Shown: piece after piece, positions 49,144 to 58,374 of the stretch | How the letters are laid out: every line of letters starts with the position of its first letter | Position numbering within the stretch: position 1 is the stretch's first letter | Source: a bacterium | Lineage (GTDB): Bacteria > Actinomycetota > Acidimicrobiia > Spongiisociales > UBA5794 | Length of the DNA stretch: 64,000 bases | Assembly (NCBI GenBank): GCA_024228555.1 | Contig: JAAETI010000243.1 | Span: 24,528-88,527 of the forward strand | Direction of reading: 5' to 3' | Notes under the pieces: model-generated | Told to the model about the DNA's origin: nothing | Seen by the model: the letters and a program-made list of their open reading frames with translations, nothing else | Databases searched by the model: none | Translations under genes and position numbers: made by a program

Positions 49144-49425
49144 TCACTCTTGTGGCCTTACCCTGCCGTTGACCACTCTGACACCCTCGGTGCGGAGCAG
49201 CTGTGCCTGTTCCTTTTCGTTGCGGGGCGCGAGTCGTCCGGCCGCATTTACAACCCGCCACCAGGGCAAACCGGGAACTGTGCGCAGCAGATTCCCAACG
49301 GCGCGTGCTGCCCCTGGATACCCGGCCTCGGTCGCCACCTCGCCATAAGCGATGACCTCACCTGGCTGCAATGCTTCCAACACCGAGATGACAGCCTCAG
49401 TGAAATCCTCACTCTCGCCGCTCAC
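49144..49425 (-). CDS. alkyltransferase-like (ATL) protein: an MGMT-fold DNA-binding domain with Trp replacing the active-site Cys
   Basis: Helix-turn-helix region IAYGEVATEAGYPGAARAVGNLL, followed by LPWWRVV where Ogt/Ada proteins have PCHRV. Confidence 0.7.
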   Translation of the reverse strand: MSGESEDFTEAVISVLEALQPGEVIAYGEVATEAGYPGAARAVGNLLRTVPGLPWWRVVNAAGRLAPRNEKEQAQLLRTEGVRVVNGRVRPQE

Positions 49426-50030
49426 ACCGCCTCCAGCACCAGAACCTGGGGATGGAGGCCGCCTTCGGCATCGTCGCGGCGAAAGTCAATCGACAGCCGA
49501 CGGAAGCCCGGCGTTTTTAGCTGTGTGAAATCCTCGTCGGAGTATATGGCGAAGAACCGGGGCGGGTCCGTCCATTCGTCATCGAACACGCCTTCGTGAT
49601 TCATGCCGCCGTAGACAACGATCAAGGCGATTCCGCCGGGACGCAATGAACGCCTGACAGCAGCAAGGGCGCTCGGGAAGAGGTCCTTTTTGACATGCAG
49701 GAGTGAGTTCATGGCAAATACGCCGTCGAATTCGCCAACGTGGAAGTCGGGGTCGGTGAAGTCTCCAACCCTGGCATCGAGACCTCGGCTCATCGCAAGA
49801 TCGACGTTTGCAGGGGAAAGGTCGATCGCAACGATGGGGAAGCCCTGCTTGGCCACATATGCGGCACCCTGACCGGCTCCAGCGCCTAGCTCGAGGATCG
49901 ATGCTCCCGGATCGAGACGACTTAGAAAGCCATCGACGACGTCGGAACGCCATCCCTCAAACACGTTGGTGTTGCGGCGTTCTGCATCGAAGTCGTACGC
50001 ATCACGCAGCGTGTCGATGTGTTCATTCAT
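49422..50030 (-). CDS. class I SAM-dependent methyltransferase
   Basis: ILELGAGAGQGAAYVAKQGFPIVAIDLS SAM-binding motif. The start is the ATG at 50030, 5 nt after the upp stop. Confidence 0.7.
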   Translation of the reverse strand: MNEHIDTLRDAYDFDAERRNTNVFEGWRSDVVDGFLSRLDPGASILELGAGAGQGAAYVAKQGFPIVAIDLSPANVDLAMSRGLDARVGDFTDPDFHVGEFDGVFAMNSLLHVKKDLFPSALAAVRRSLRPGGIALIVVYGGMNHEGVFDDEWTDPPRFFAIYSDEDFTQLKTPGFRRLSIDFRRDDAEGGLHPQVLVLEAV

Positions 50031-50034
50031 TGGC

Positions 50035-50667
50035 TTAGAGCGGTGGTCGGTCGATGGTGCCGAACAACCGGTCGCCCATGTCGCCGAGACCGGGGACGAT
50101 GTAATACGTGTCGTTGAGACCAAGGTCGGCAGCAGCGGCGACGATGCGAACATCGGGATGGTCTTTGTACATCCGGGCGACACCCTCGGGTGCGGTCACC
50201 ACACACAGGCACGTGATGTCGGTGGCTCCGGCTTCCTTGGCCTTGTCAACAGCCCAGGAAAGCGAACCGCCCGTGGCGAGCATCGGCTCGAGGATCAGCA
50301 CCGAAGCGCCATCGACCTGGGGGAGATTGACATAGTACTCAACGGGTTCTGCGGTTTCCTCGTCGCGTTGCAGCCCGGCGAAACCGACCTTGACGTTTGG
50401 CATCAGGTCGACCACGGCGTCGAGCATTCCGAGGCCGGCTCTGAGGACGGCAACTGCAACGACGTCAGCGAGGACGTAACCCTTTGTTTCACCCATCGGT
50501 GTCTGGACGGGGCCTGCAATCGTCGGGACTCCCTTGGTGGCTTCCATCACGAGGACGTTGGTGAGACGCCTGGCGGCGGCCCGGAAGTGGTCGTTGCCCG
50601 TAGAGCCATCACGAAGGTTGGTCAGATAGTGCCGGGCAAGTGGATGGTCCACAACGGTCAAGTTCAT
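50035..50667 (-). CDS. upp: uracil phosphoribosyltransferase
   Basis: MNLTVVDHPLARHYLTNLRD start and a VLILEPMLATGGS PRPP-binding motif. GGAGG Shine-Dalgarno upstream of the ATG at 50667. Confidence 0.9.
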   Translation of the reverse strand: MNLTVVDHPLARHYLTNLRDGSTGNDHFRAAARRLTNVLVMEATKGVPTIAGPVQTPMGETKGYVLADVVAVAVLRAGLGMLDAVVDLMPNVKVGFAGLQRDEETAEPVEYYVNLPQVDGASVLILEPMLATGGSLSWAVDKAKEAGATDITCLCVVTAPEGVARMYKDHPDVRIVAAAADLGLNDTYYIVPGLGDMGDRLFGTIDRPPL

Positions 50668-50865
50668 TCGCATTCCTCCAGCGCAAGGTCGGTTCGTCGC
50701 AGGGTAGTTGTTGCGATCGCAGGCGGATTCTCCGCAAGTCGTTCTCAATGCTGGACGACTCTGCTTCGTTGGGCGGAGAAGCGACCTGCGCTGTCGCGCA
50801 GCTGCAGTTCGCTTTGCGAACTGCCAACGAACCAGCTCTGCTGGTTCGCCTACACTCCGCCCGAC

Positions 50866-52203
50866 ATGTTTGACACAATTAGCGATCGATTCGGCGACGT
50901 ATTCGCCAAGCTACGCGGCAAGGGGCGGCTCTCAGAGGCTGACGTCGATGCGGCGCTGCGCGAAGTGCGTCTCGCTCTGCTCGAAGCAGATGTCAACGTC
51001 GTCGTCGTCAAGTCATTCCTGGCCCGCGTCAAGGAACGGGCCCTCGGCGAGGACGTCGCCAAGAGTTTGACCCCTGGACAACAGGTGATCAAGATCGTCC
51101 ATGAGGAGCTGATCAACACACTCGGTGAGGAAGCTCCACTCAAACGCCCTGCAGCGCCACCACTCGTGATCCTCATGGCCGGCCTACAGGGTTCGGGTAA
51201 GACGACTTCAGCGGCAAAGCTCGCCAAGCTGCTGAAGCGCAAGGGAAAGAGGCCGTTGTTGGTCGCCGCTGACTTGCAGCGCCCCGCCGCCATCGATCAG
51301 CTGGAGACGCTTGGCAAGCGAGTCGGAGTGCCCGTCTTCGTCGACAGGAAGACCAAAGCTCCCAAGCTGGCCAAGGCTGCGCTGAAGCACGCCCGACTCG
51401 AGGGCAACAACGTCGTCATCATCGATACGGCCGGTCGTCTCCAAGTGGATGACGAACTCATGAAGGAGCTGGCCGCGGTGCGCAAGGTGGCGGATCCTGA
51501 CGAGACACTGCTGGTCGTCGATGCGATGACCGGTCAGGAAGCCGTCAACGTTGCCAAGGGTTTCCTCGACTACACCGAGTTGACTGGTTTGGTGATGACC
51601 AAGCTCGATGGCGACGCCCGTGGTGGGGCCGCCATTTCGGCTCGTGAGGTTACCGGCTGTCCGATCAAGTTCGTCGGTCTGGGGGAGGGTCTTGACGATC
51701 TAGACGTGTTCTATCCAGAACGTATGGCTTCCCGGATTCTCGGGATGGGTGATGTGCTCACACTCATCGAGAAGGCAGAAAGCGCGTACGACGAGGAGAC
51801 GGCGGCCGTCGCCGCCGAGAAGCTGCGAACTGCGAGCTTCGACCTCGAAGACTTCCTGGAGCAGTTCCAACAGCTAAGAAAAATGGGACCGCTGCAAAAC
51901 TTGGTTAGTATGCTGCCCGGCGCCGGACAGGCGCTTCGTGACGTTGAGGTGAATGAGAAAGACCTGAACCGTGTCGAGGCCATCATCAGGTCGATGACTC
52001 CCACGGAGCGTCACAACCCGAAATCCATCAACGGAAGTCGGAAGCGGCGCATCGCGGCCGGATCGGGAACCCGACCGCAGGACGTCAATGCGGTCCTCAA
52101 ACAGTTCTCGGAAGCACAAAAGATGATGAAAATGATTGCCGGAGGAAAGAGCCCGATACCGGGGCTGAGTCTTCCGGGACTAGGTCGAAGCAAGAAGAGG
52201 TGA
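50866..52203 (+). CDS. ffh: signal recognition particle protein Ffh
   Basis: MFDTISDRF start, GTPase motifs GLQGSGKTT and DTAGR, and a Met-rich M domain. The long upstream in-frame extension (49966 onward) is rejected. Confidence 0.95.
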   Translation: MFDTISDRFGDVFAKLRGKGRLSEADVDAALREVRLALLEADVNVVVVKSFLARVKERALGEDVAKSLTPGQQVIKIVHEELINTLGEEAPLKRPAAPPLVILMAGLQGSGKTTSAAKLAKLLKRKGKRPLLVAADLQRPAAIDQLETLGKRVGVPVFVDRKTKAPKLAKAALKHARLEGNNVVIIDTAGRLQVDDELMKELAAVRKVADPDETLLVVDAMTGQEAVNVAKGFLDYTELTGLVMTKLDGDARGGAAISAREVTGCPIKFVGLGEGLDDLDVFYPERMASRILGMGDVLTLIEKAESAYDEETAAVAAEKLRTASFDLEDFLEQFQQLRKMGPLQNLVSMLPGAGQALRDVEVNEKDLNRVEAIIRSMTPTERHNPKSINGSRKRRIAAGSGTRPQDVNAVLKQFSEAQKMMKMIAGGKSPIPGLSLPGLGRSKKR

Positions 52204-52208
52204 AGTAG

Positions 52209-52658
52209 ATGTCGGTCAAGATCCGCCTGACGCGGATGGGCAAGAAGAAGCAACCGTCGTATCGCGTCGTAGTGGTGGATTCGCGCAAACCGCGCGATGG
52301 GGCATATCTCGAGCAAATCGGTCGTTACGACCCACGCGCCGAGCCTTCACTCGTCGAAATTGACAACGAGCGAGCCCTGGACTGGTTGCAGAAGGGCGCC
52401 CAGCCCACAGAACGTGCCAAGAAGTTGCTGGAGATCTCCGGTGCCTGGACTCGCTTCGCCATCGATCGCGGCGAGATTCACACCGTCGGTACCGCGGCGA
52501 CCGCACCTGAGCCAACAGCGGCACCCGAGCCGGCTCCAGAGCCCACGCCAGAACCATTAGCCGTCGTTGAGGCCGAAGAAGAGCCAGCCGAAGAGCCGGC
52601 GGCAGAGCCGGCGGCAGAAGACAGCGCAGACGACAGTTCAGAAAAGGTGGATGAGTAG
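52209..52658 (+). CDS. rpsP: 30S ribosomal protein S16 with low-complexity C-terminal extension
   Basis: MSVKIRLTRMGKKKQPSYRVVVVDSRKPRDG start, with a Pro/Ala/Glu-rich tail. Confidence 0.9.
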   Translation: MSVKIRLTRMGKKKQPSYRVVVVDSRKPRDGAYLEQIGRYDPRAEPSLVEIDNERALDWLQKGAQPTERAKKLLEISGAWTRFAIDRGEIHTVGTAATAPEPTAAPEPAPEPTPEPLAVVEAEEEPAEEPAAEPAAEDSADDSSEKVDE

Positions 52659-52909
52659 TGGAACAGGGTGAGATAGTCGAGAAGGTTGTTCGCTACGTAA
52701 CCGAACAGATCGTTGACGACGCTTCCAGCGTCGAAGTTGAGGTCATTTCTGATGGTGAGGACTCGGTTGTTGCCGAGGTGCGCACCGCCAAGAAAGACAT
52801 GGGTCGCGTCATCGGACGCCGGGGACGGGTGGCGCGTGCTATTCGCTCGGTTGCCAGAGCCGGTGGCGACGAAGAGGGTCTTGACGTGCAGGTTGAGTTC
52901 CTCGACTAG
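52658..52909 (+). CDS. KH-domain RNA-binding protein
   Basis: GRVIGRRGRVARAIRSV KH motif. Its ATG overlaps the rpsP stop. Confidence 0.8.
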   Translation: MEQGEIVEKVVRYVTEQIVDDASSVEVEVISDGEDSVVAEVRTAKKDMGRVIGRRGRVARAIRSVARAGGDEEGLDVQVEFLD

Positions 52910-52937
52910 CACCCCGTCCGGTTCGTCGGATCAGTCA

Positions 52938-53441
52938 ATAAAGATTGGCTACGTTCGGCGCGCCCACGGGATCAAAGGCGCCGTAATCGTACGGCCGCTA
53001 ACCGACGATCCGAGCAGGTTTGCGGTTGGGGAGGTCTTGGCTACCGACCGCACCGAGCCGTCCTCAGTCACCGTCAGCACGTCCCAGCCACACAAAGATG
53101 GCTTATTGGTAGGTTTCGAGGGTATTCGTGACCGCAACCAGTCGGAGGCCCTACGGGGCCTCTCGTTCTTTATCGATCCACAGGAACGCCGCGACCTCGA
53201 AGACGACGAGTATTGGCCTGAGCAGTTGGTTGGCTTGTCGATGGTCGATGGCGAGGGTCGTGGACTCGGAGAAGTGGTCGAGGTCATCACCGGTGCCGCC
53301 CAAGACCGTCTCCGGGTGCAAGCGGATTCCGAATTCTTTGAAGTCCCGTTTGTGGCCGCCATCGTTTCCGTGGTCGACGTTGCGGGCGGGGTGGTCGTTG
53401 TCGATCTGCCGGACGGGATGGTCGAGCCGCAACCGTCGTAG
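52938..53441 (+). CDS. rimM: 16S rRNA processing protein RimM (start uncertain; no canonical in-frame start after the upstream stop)
   Basis: IGYVRRAHGIKGAVIVRPLTDDP PRC-barrel pattern. Confidence 0.7.
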   Translation: MKIGYVRRAHGIKGAVIVRPLTDDPSRFAVGEVLATDRTEPSSVTVSTSQPHKDGLLVGFEGIRDRNQSEALRGLSFFIDPQERRDLEDDEYWPEQLVGLSMVDGEGRGLGEVVEVITGAAQDRLRVQADSEFFEVPFVAAIVSVVDVAGGVVVVDLPDGMVEPQPS

Positions 53442-53543
53442 ACGTCGGGGGACGGGGCCTTCCAACGCCTCCGGAGCGTATGTCGTTTGACATTTGGTCG
53501 ATGTTCATCGAATATACGAAAAATCTCGTGCATTGTGACAGAT

Positions 53544-54893
53544 ATGACTGAATCAAAACTCAACCCGGGGATGAAGACCTTCGTCGCGGTCTGGGCCGGT
53601 CAGTTTGTCTCTCTCGTCGGCACCGCATTAACAGGGTTTGCGCTTTCGATCTGGGTCTACCTGGAGACCGGTTCGGCCACCCAGCTGTCGTTTGTCCTCC
53701 TCGCCTCACAGCTTCCCCAGATCCTCTTCACCCCGATCGCAGGTGCCCTCGTCGACCGGTGGGATCGACGCTGGGCGATGATCGTTGCTGACACCGGTGC
53801 AGGGGTGGGCACGCTGGCGATCGCACTGCTCCTGTTCACCGGCAACCTCGAGATCTGGCACCTCTACATCACCTTGGCCATATCTGGCATCTTCCAGTCC
53901 TTCCAGTGGCCGGCCTATTCGGCTGCAACGACGCTGCTTGTGTCGAAGGAGCAATACGGGCGGGCCGCCGGAATGGTGCAGATGGCTGAGGCCGTCGGCC
54001 AGGTCATCGCCCCCGCTCTTGCCGGTGTCCTGTTGGTCTTTGGGGGGTTGAAGATGATCATCTTCATAGACGTTGCCAGCTTCCTCGTTGCGGTTGCCAC
54101 GCTGCTGATCGTTCGATTCCCCAAGCCGGAGCAATCAAAGGCGGGAGCCGAGGCCTCCGGTTCGCTGTTGAGTGAGGCCAGGTTTGGGTGGACCTACATC
54201 AAGGAACGACACGGACTTATGGCCCTGCTCGTCTACTTCTCGAGCGTCAACCTGGTGTTCGGCTTTGTCGGGGTGCTTTCGTTCCCGCTGATCCTTGGCT
54301 TTGCCGACGAGGTCGCTGTTGGCAATATCTTCAGTGCCGCCGGTGTGGGGATGGTGGTTGGCAGCATCATCATGAGCGTGTGGGGTGGCCCAACGCGTCG
54401 TGTGCTTGGTGTGCTCGGCGCAGACCTGGTTCTCGGGTTTGCGCTGATTGGCTTTGGCATGAGCGCCTCATTGACCCCGGTGATCATCGGAGCGATCGTT
54501 GGCTTCACGGTCATTCCAATAGCCAACGGATCGAGTCAGGCGCTTTGGCAGGCGAAGGTTGAGCCAGATGTGCAAGGAAGGGTGTTTGCGGTACGCCGGG
54601 TAGTAGCCCAGATCGCCGGTCCCGTTGCGTTGTTGATGGCTGGGCCACTGGCTGACAACGTCTTCGAACCCATGCTTCAAGAAGGCGGCGCACTGGCGGA
54701 CAGCGTCGGCAGTGTCATCGGGGTGGGACCCGGCAGAGGAATTGCGTTCTTGTTCATCATCCTCGGAGGACTATCGATCGTGTTCACAATCATCGCCTAC
54801 ATGTACCCACGGCTACGCAACTTGGAAGACGAACTCCCCGACTACGACGAAATCGAGGCGGTGCCCGAGCTAGCGACCGAGCTGGCGACCTGA
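53544..54893 (+). CDS. MFS transporter
   Basis: About 12 predicted TM helices with a DRWDRR-type MFS loop motif. Confidence 0.8.
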   Translation: MTESKLNPGMKTFVAVWAGQFVSLVGTALTGFALSIWVYLETGSATQLSFVLLASQLPQILFTPIAGALVDRWDRRWAMIVADTGAGVGTLAIALLLFTGNLEIWHLYITLAISGIFQSFQWPAYSAATTLLVSKEQYGRAAGMVQMAEAVGQVIAPALAGVLLVFGGLKMIIFIDVASFLVAVATLLIVRFPKPEQSKAGAEASGSLLSEARFGWTYIKERHGLMALLVYFSSVNLVFGFVGVLSFPLILGFADEVAVGNIFSAAGVGMVVGSIIMSVWGGPTRRVLGVLGADLVLGFALIGFGMSASLTPVIIGAIVGFTVIPIANGSSQALWQAKVEPDVQGRVFAVRRVVAQIAGPVALLMAGPLADNVFEPMLQEGGALADSVGSVIGVGPGRGIAFLFIILGGLSIVFTIIAYMYPRLRNLEDELPDYDEIEAVPELATELAT

Positions 54894-55023
54894 AGCCCCC
54901 CAGCCCTTTGTGTTCTTGCGTACGTAGGCGCGGCATAAGCGATATGTGCTACGCAAGAACGGTCCAATCCGGCGGTTGATGGGACCGTCGTTGCATGGTC
55001 GGGAGCGGTGATACCGTTGCCCA

Positions 55024-56163
55024 ATGTTCTCGTCGCCAGATCGTGACCTTGCGGTCGACTTCATAACCGGTCGTCGCCCCACCGAGGGCCTCTTTGCAGA
55101 AGCGCGACGGCTTCGTGATGAAGGCAAAGGCCGAACCATCACCTACTCGCGCAAGGTCTTTGTTCCTCTGACCACGCTGTGTCGCGACACCTGTACCTAC
55201 TGCACATTTGCCAACCCTCCTGGCGCCGGTGGCGAATACCTGACTCCCGAAGACGTAATGACCATCGTCACAGCGGGAGAGTCTCATGGTTGTACCGAGG
55301 CGCTATTCACCCTTGGTGACAAGCCGGAGGATCGTTGGCCGCAGGCCACCGAGTTCCTGGAGCGACATGGAGCGACGTCGACCATCGACTACGTGAGAAT
55401 GCTCACCGAGCGGGTCAACACCGAGACGTCGCTGTTTCCTCACGCCAACCCCGGTCTCATGGACGACGACGTGCAGGCAGCACTACGTCCGTCGAACCCC
55501 TCGATGGGTCTGATGCTCGAGAACATCTCCCCGCGGCTGATGGAGCCAGGTATGCCCCATCACAACTGTCCTGATAAGGATCCCGAACTACGGGTGGCCA
55601 CCATCGAAGCGTCAGGGCGGCAGCGGGTACCCTTCACATCCGGTGTCTTGGTCGGAATCGGAGAAACGCCCGACGAGGTAGTCGATTCGCTGTTCGCTCT
55701 AGCGGAACTGCAAAGCAGGCACGGCTCCATCCAAGAGGTGATCGTGCAGAACTTCCGTGCAAAAGCGGACACCCGAATGCGCCGCGACGCAGAGCCAACG
55801 GTTCAGTACTTCGCCAGAGTCGTTGCGGTGGCGAGGTGGATATTCGGCCCGGAGATGAATCTGCAGGTTCCCCCAAATCTCACCGAGGATTTTGGCGTCT
55901 ATCTCGATGCAGGAATCAACGACTGGGGCGGAGTCTCCCCACTCACGATCGATTGGGTCAACCCTGAGGCGCCGTGGCCGAACCTCGACAAACTGGACCG
56001 GGTGACCCAGGAGCAAGGCTTCACTCTCCAACCCCGGTTGCCCGTTTATCCCGAATTCATCGATGAGCACTGGATCGACCAGGGGCTGCTACCGAAGGTG
56101 CGATCCGCAGTCGGGGGAGAAGGCTACGCTCGGCTCTCGATGATGGAGGAGTCCAACGGATGA
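55024..56163 (+). CDS. cofG: FO synthase subunit 1 (CofG), radical SAM
   Basis: CRDTCTYC radical-SAM cluster, about 380 aa. Its stop overlaps the cofH start (ATGA). Confidence 0.8.
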   Translation: MFSSPDRDLAVDFITGRRPTEGLFAEARRLRDEGKGRTITYSRKVFVPLTTLCRDTCTYCTFANPPGAGGEYLTPEDVMTIVTAGESHGCTEALFTLGDKPEDRWPQATEFLERHGATSTIDYVRMLTERVNTETSLFPHANPGLMDDDVQAALRPSNPSMGLMLENISPRLMEPGMPHHNCPDKDPELRVATIEASGRQRVPFTSGVLVGIGETPDEVVDSLFALAELQSRHGSIQEVIVQNFRAKADTRMRRDAEPTVQYFARVVAVARWIFGPEMNLQVPPNLTEDFGVYLDAGINDWGGVSPLTIDWVNPEAPWPNLDKLDRVTQEQGFTLQPRLPVYPEFIDEHWIDQGLLPKVRSAVGGEGYARLSMMEESNG

Positions 56164-58037
56164 GAGAGTCGATCACGTTCCTCAGGCTCCGGCCGACCGA
56201 AACGGTCAACGAGCTTTGGGTTGCCACCCGTCGCCGCGAGGGGACAACAGCAGTAGAGATTGATGGGCTCACCGAAGACCAACGTCAGGCAACTCTCGCC
56301 GGCGGCCTTGTTCCGGTGTCGATCGGACTCGCCGACACTGACCCACTTGCATGGGTGATTGAGCCAGGTGAGGTCAAGGCCACGCTGCGGAGGAAGATCC
56401 CTGGCTGGCGCCTCACCGTCAGCGACAACGGTGATCGCGCAGCGGTTCTCGATGCGGTTGCCCGCACCCGATGTGGGTTCCTCAGAACCGGCCGTAGCAA
56501 GGTGGCCGACGCCGTTGCGCTTGCCAACCTCCCCGGGCTCGATGTCCGGGTGTCTGTGTTCGTTGACTCCCCCGACGATGCGGTACGTGCTGTCGCCAGC
56601 GGTGCCCGTGACTTGCTGTTACGTGGCTGGGACACCGATGCCGTCGGAAATCTGCGCAAGAGATTCAACGAGTATGAACTGATTGAGCGGGGGGCAATTC
56701 CGCCGGCGGTCACCGTCGATGAGGCCCGAACAGAACTCGACGAAGAGCTGTTCACTGCCTATCTCGGCCAAATCGACGGCAGCGGGGCCGTCCGCCCCCG
56801 CTACGAGTGGGCGCCGGGGATGGACATGGACCCTCCCATTCCAGAAGGTCGGGTTTCTGCGCAGTGGGCGGATCCGGCGTGGACGGGGGAGCAGCACGAG
56901 CTGGATCCAACATCTCTCGAGCCGGAGTTCGCTGCCATCCTGCAGCGTTCCCTTGATGGCTCAGCGCCAACTCGTGATGAGATCGAGCGGCTCTTCCGCG
57001 CCCGCGGTACGGAGGTTGATGCGATCGCAACGGTTGCCGACCGTTTGCGGAAGCGGACCAACGGTGACGTGGTCACCTATGTCGTCAACCGCAACATCAA
57101 CTACACGAACCAGTGCACGTTCAAATGTGGTTTCTGCGCATTCTCCAAGGGTCCGCGTTCGCTGAACCTGCGTGGCGAACCGTATCTGATGGCGATACCG
57201 CAGGTTGTGGAGCGCTCGGTTGAAGCGTGGAACAGGGGAGCGACGGAGGTATGTCTTCAAGGTGGAATCCACCCCGAGTTCACTGGTGATTTTTATGTGA
57301 ATCTTGTCGAGTCGATCAAGGAGTACCTACCGGAAATGCACATCCACGGCTTCACGCCGTTGGAGGTGTGGCAGGGCGCCGAGACTCTCGGCGTTCCGGT
57401 TCGTGACTATCTGATTCGACTCAGCGACGCAGGGCTGGGCACGCTGCCCGGTACCGCGGCCGAGATTCTCGACGACGATGTGCGGCTGCATCTGTGTTCG
57501 GACAAGATTCGCACGTCGCAGTGGGCCGAGGTGATGATTACCGCACACGAGCTTGGCTTGAAATCGACGGCAACCATCATGTTCGGGCATATCGATTCGC
57601 CGGTCTCGTGGGCGAACCACTTCGAGGTGCTGCGTTCGATCCAGCGCCGCACCGGAGGCATCACCGAAATCGTCCCGCTGCCGTTTGTGCATATGGGTGC
57701 CCCGATCTTCTTGCTTGGCCAAGCTCGGCCTGGGCCAACTTGGGATGAAGTGCTCCTCATGCACTCGGTCGCCCGTATCGCCTTCGATGGTCTTGTCGAC
57801 AACATCCAGGCCTCATGGGTCAAGCTCGGTCTCAATGCAGGCGGTCGTCTTCTCAACGCCGGATGCAACGACCTGGGCGGTACCTTGATGGACGAAACCA
57901 TCTCAAGAGCTGCCGGCGCTTCCCACGGTACGTTCATGGAATCATCCGACATGGAAGACCTAGTCCGCTCCGTCGGCCGCACCCCCGCAAGACGCAACAC
58001 GCTCTACGAAGTCCTAGAAACGTCCGCACCCAAGTAA
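56160..58037 (+). CDS. cofH: FO synthase subunit 2 (CofH), radical SAM, with about 200-aa N-terminal extension
   Basis: NYTNQCTFKCGFCAFSK cluster and a C-terminal CofH-like region. The first roughly 200 aa are an unassigned extra domain. Confidence 0.8.
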   Translation: MRESITFLRLRPTETVNELWVATRRREGTTAVEIDGLTEDQRQATLAGGLVPVSIGLADTDPLAWVIEPGEVKATLRRKIPGWRLTVSDNGDRAAVLDAVARTRCGFLRTGRSKVADAVALANLPGLDVRVSVFVDSPDDAVRAVASGARDLLLRGWDTDAVGNLRKRFNEYELIERGAIPPAVTVDEARTELDEELFTAYLGQIDGSGAVRPRYEWAPGMDMDPPIPEGRVSAQWADPAWTGEQHELDPTSLEPEFAAILQRSLDGSAPTRDEIERLFRARGTEVDAIATVADRLRKRTNGDVVTYVVNRNINYTNQCTFKCGFCAFSKGPRSLNLRGEPYLMAIPQVVERSVEAWNRGATEVCLQGGIHPEFTGDFYVNLVESIKEYLPEMHIHGFTPLEVWQGAETLGVPVRDYLIRLSDAGLGTLPGTAAEILDDDVRLHLCSDKIRTSQWAEVMITAHELGLKSTATIMFGHIDSPVSWANHFEVLRSIQRRTGGITEIVPLPFVHMGAPIFLLGQARPGPTWDEVLLMHSVARIAFDGLVDNIQASWVKLGLNAGGRLLNAGCNDLGGTLMDETISRAAGASHGTFMESSDMEDLVRSVGRTPARRNTLYEVLETSAPK

Positions 58038-58122
58038 GCCCTTTTGGGAGCGCTCACGTCTTCCCCCTCCCGATCCGGCCTCTCCCTACTGGTCGCTGCG
58101 CCGATCTCGTGGAGGGCTGTTG

Positions 58123-58192
58123 GAGTTCGCTCCGTGAACTCCCAAGGAACTGCCATTGGCAGTTCCCGCAATCCCCCCTTGATGGGGGGATC
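58123..58192. repeat. double-hairpin unit (GGAGTTC/GAACTCC, then GGAACTGCC/GGCAGTTCC) plus a G/C hairpin (ATCCCCCC/GGGGGGAT)
   Basis: The hairpins lie at 58123-58143, 58147-58167 and 58172-58192. The unit shares the core ACTCCCAAGGAACT with the downstream repeats. Confidence 0.7.
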
Positions 58193-58234
58193 GGACGAGC
58201 GCAGCTCGTGGGAGGGGGGTGAGGAGGTTAGGGG

Positions 58235-58374
58235 GTCTGTCGGTATGGAGTCTTCGCAGGAGACTCCCAAGGAACTCAGCGAAGTTGAGTTCTCATCTAC
58301 CGGGGTCTGTCGGTATGGAGTCTTCGCAGGAGACTCCCAAGGAACTCAGCGAAGTTGAGTTCTCATCTACCGGG
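58235..58374. repeat. perfect 70-bp tandem duplication, each copy carrying two 7-bp hairpins (MIRU-like minisatellite)
   Basis: The unit gtctgtcggtatggagtcttcgcaggagactcccaaggaactcagcgaagttgagttctcatctaccggg occurs at 58235-58304 and 58305-58374. The second copy overlaps the stop of the convergent gene. Confidence 0.85.

Noticed and set aside
49966-50865. 300-codon N-terminal extension of ffh (ORF 49966..52203)
   Set aside because: It overlaps upp and the methyltransferase on the opposite strand and has no Ffh-like sequence. The real start is the ATG at 50866 (MFDTISDRF).
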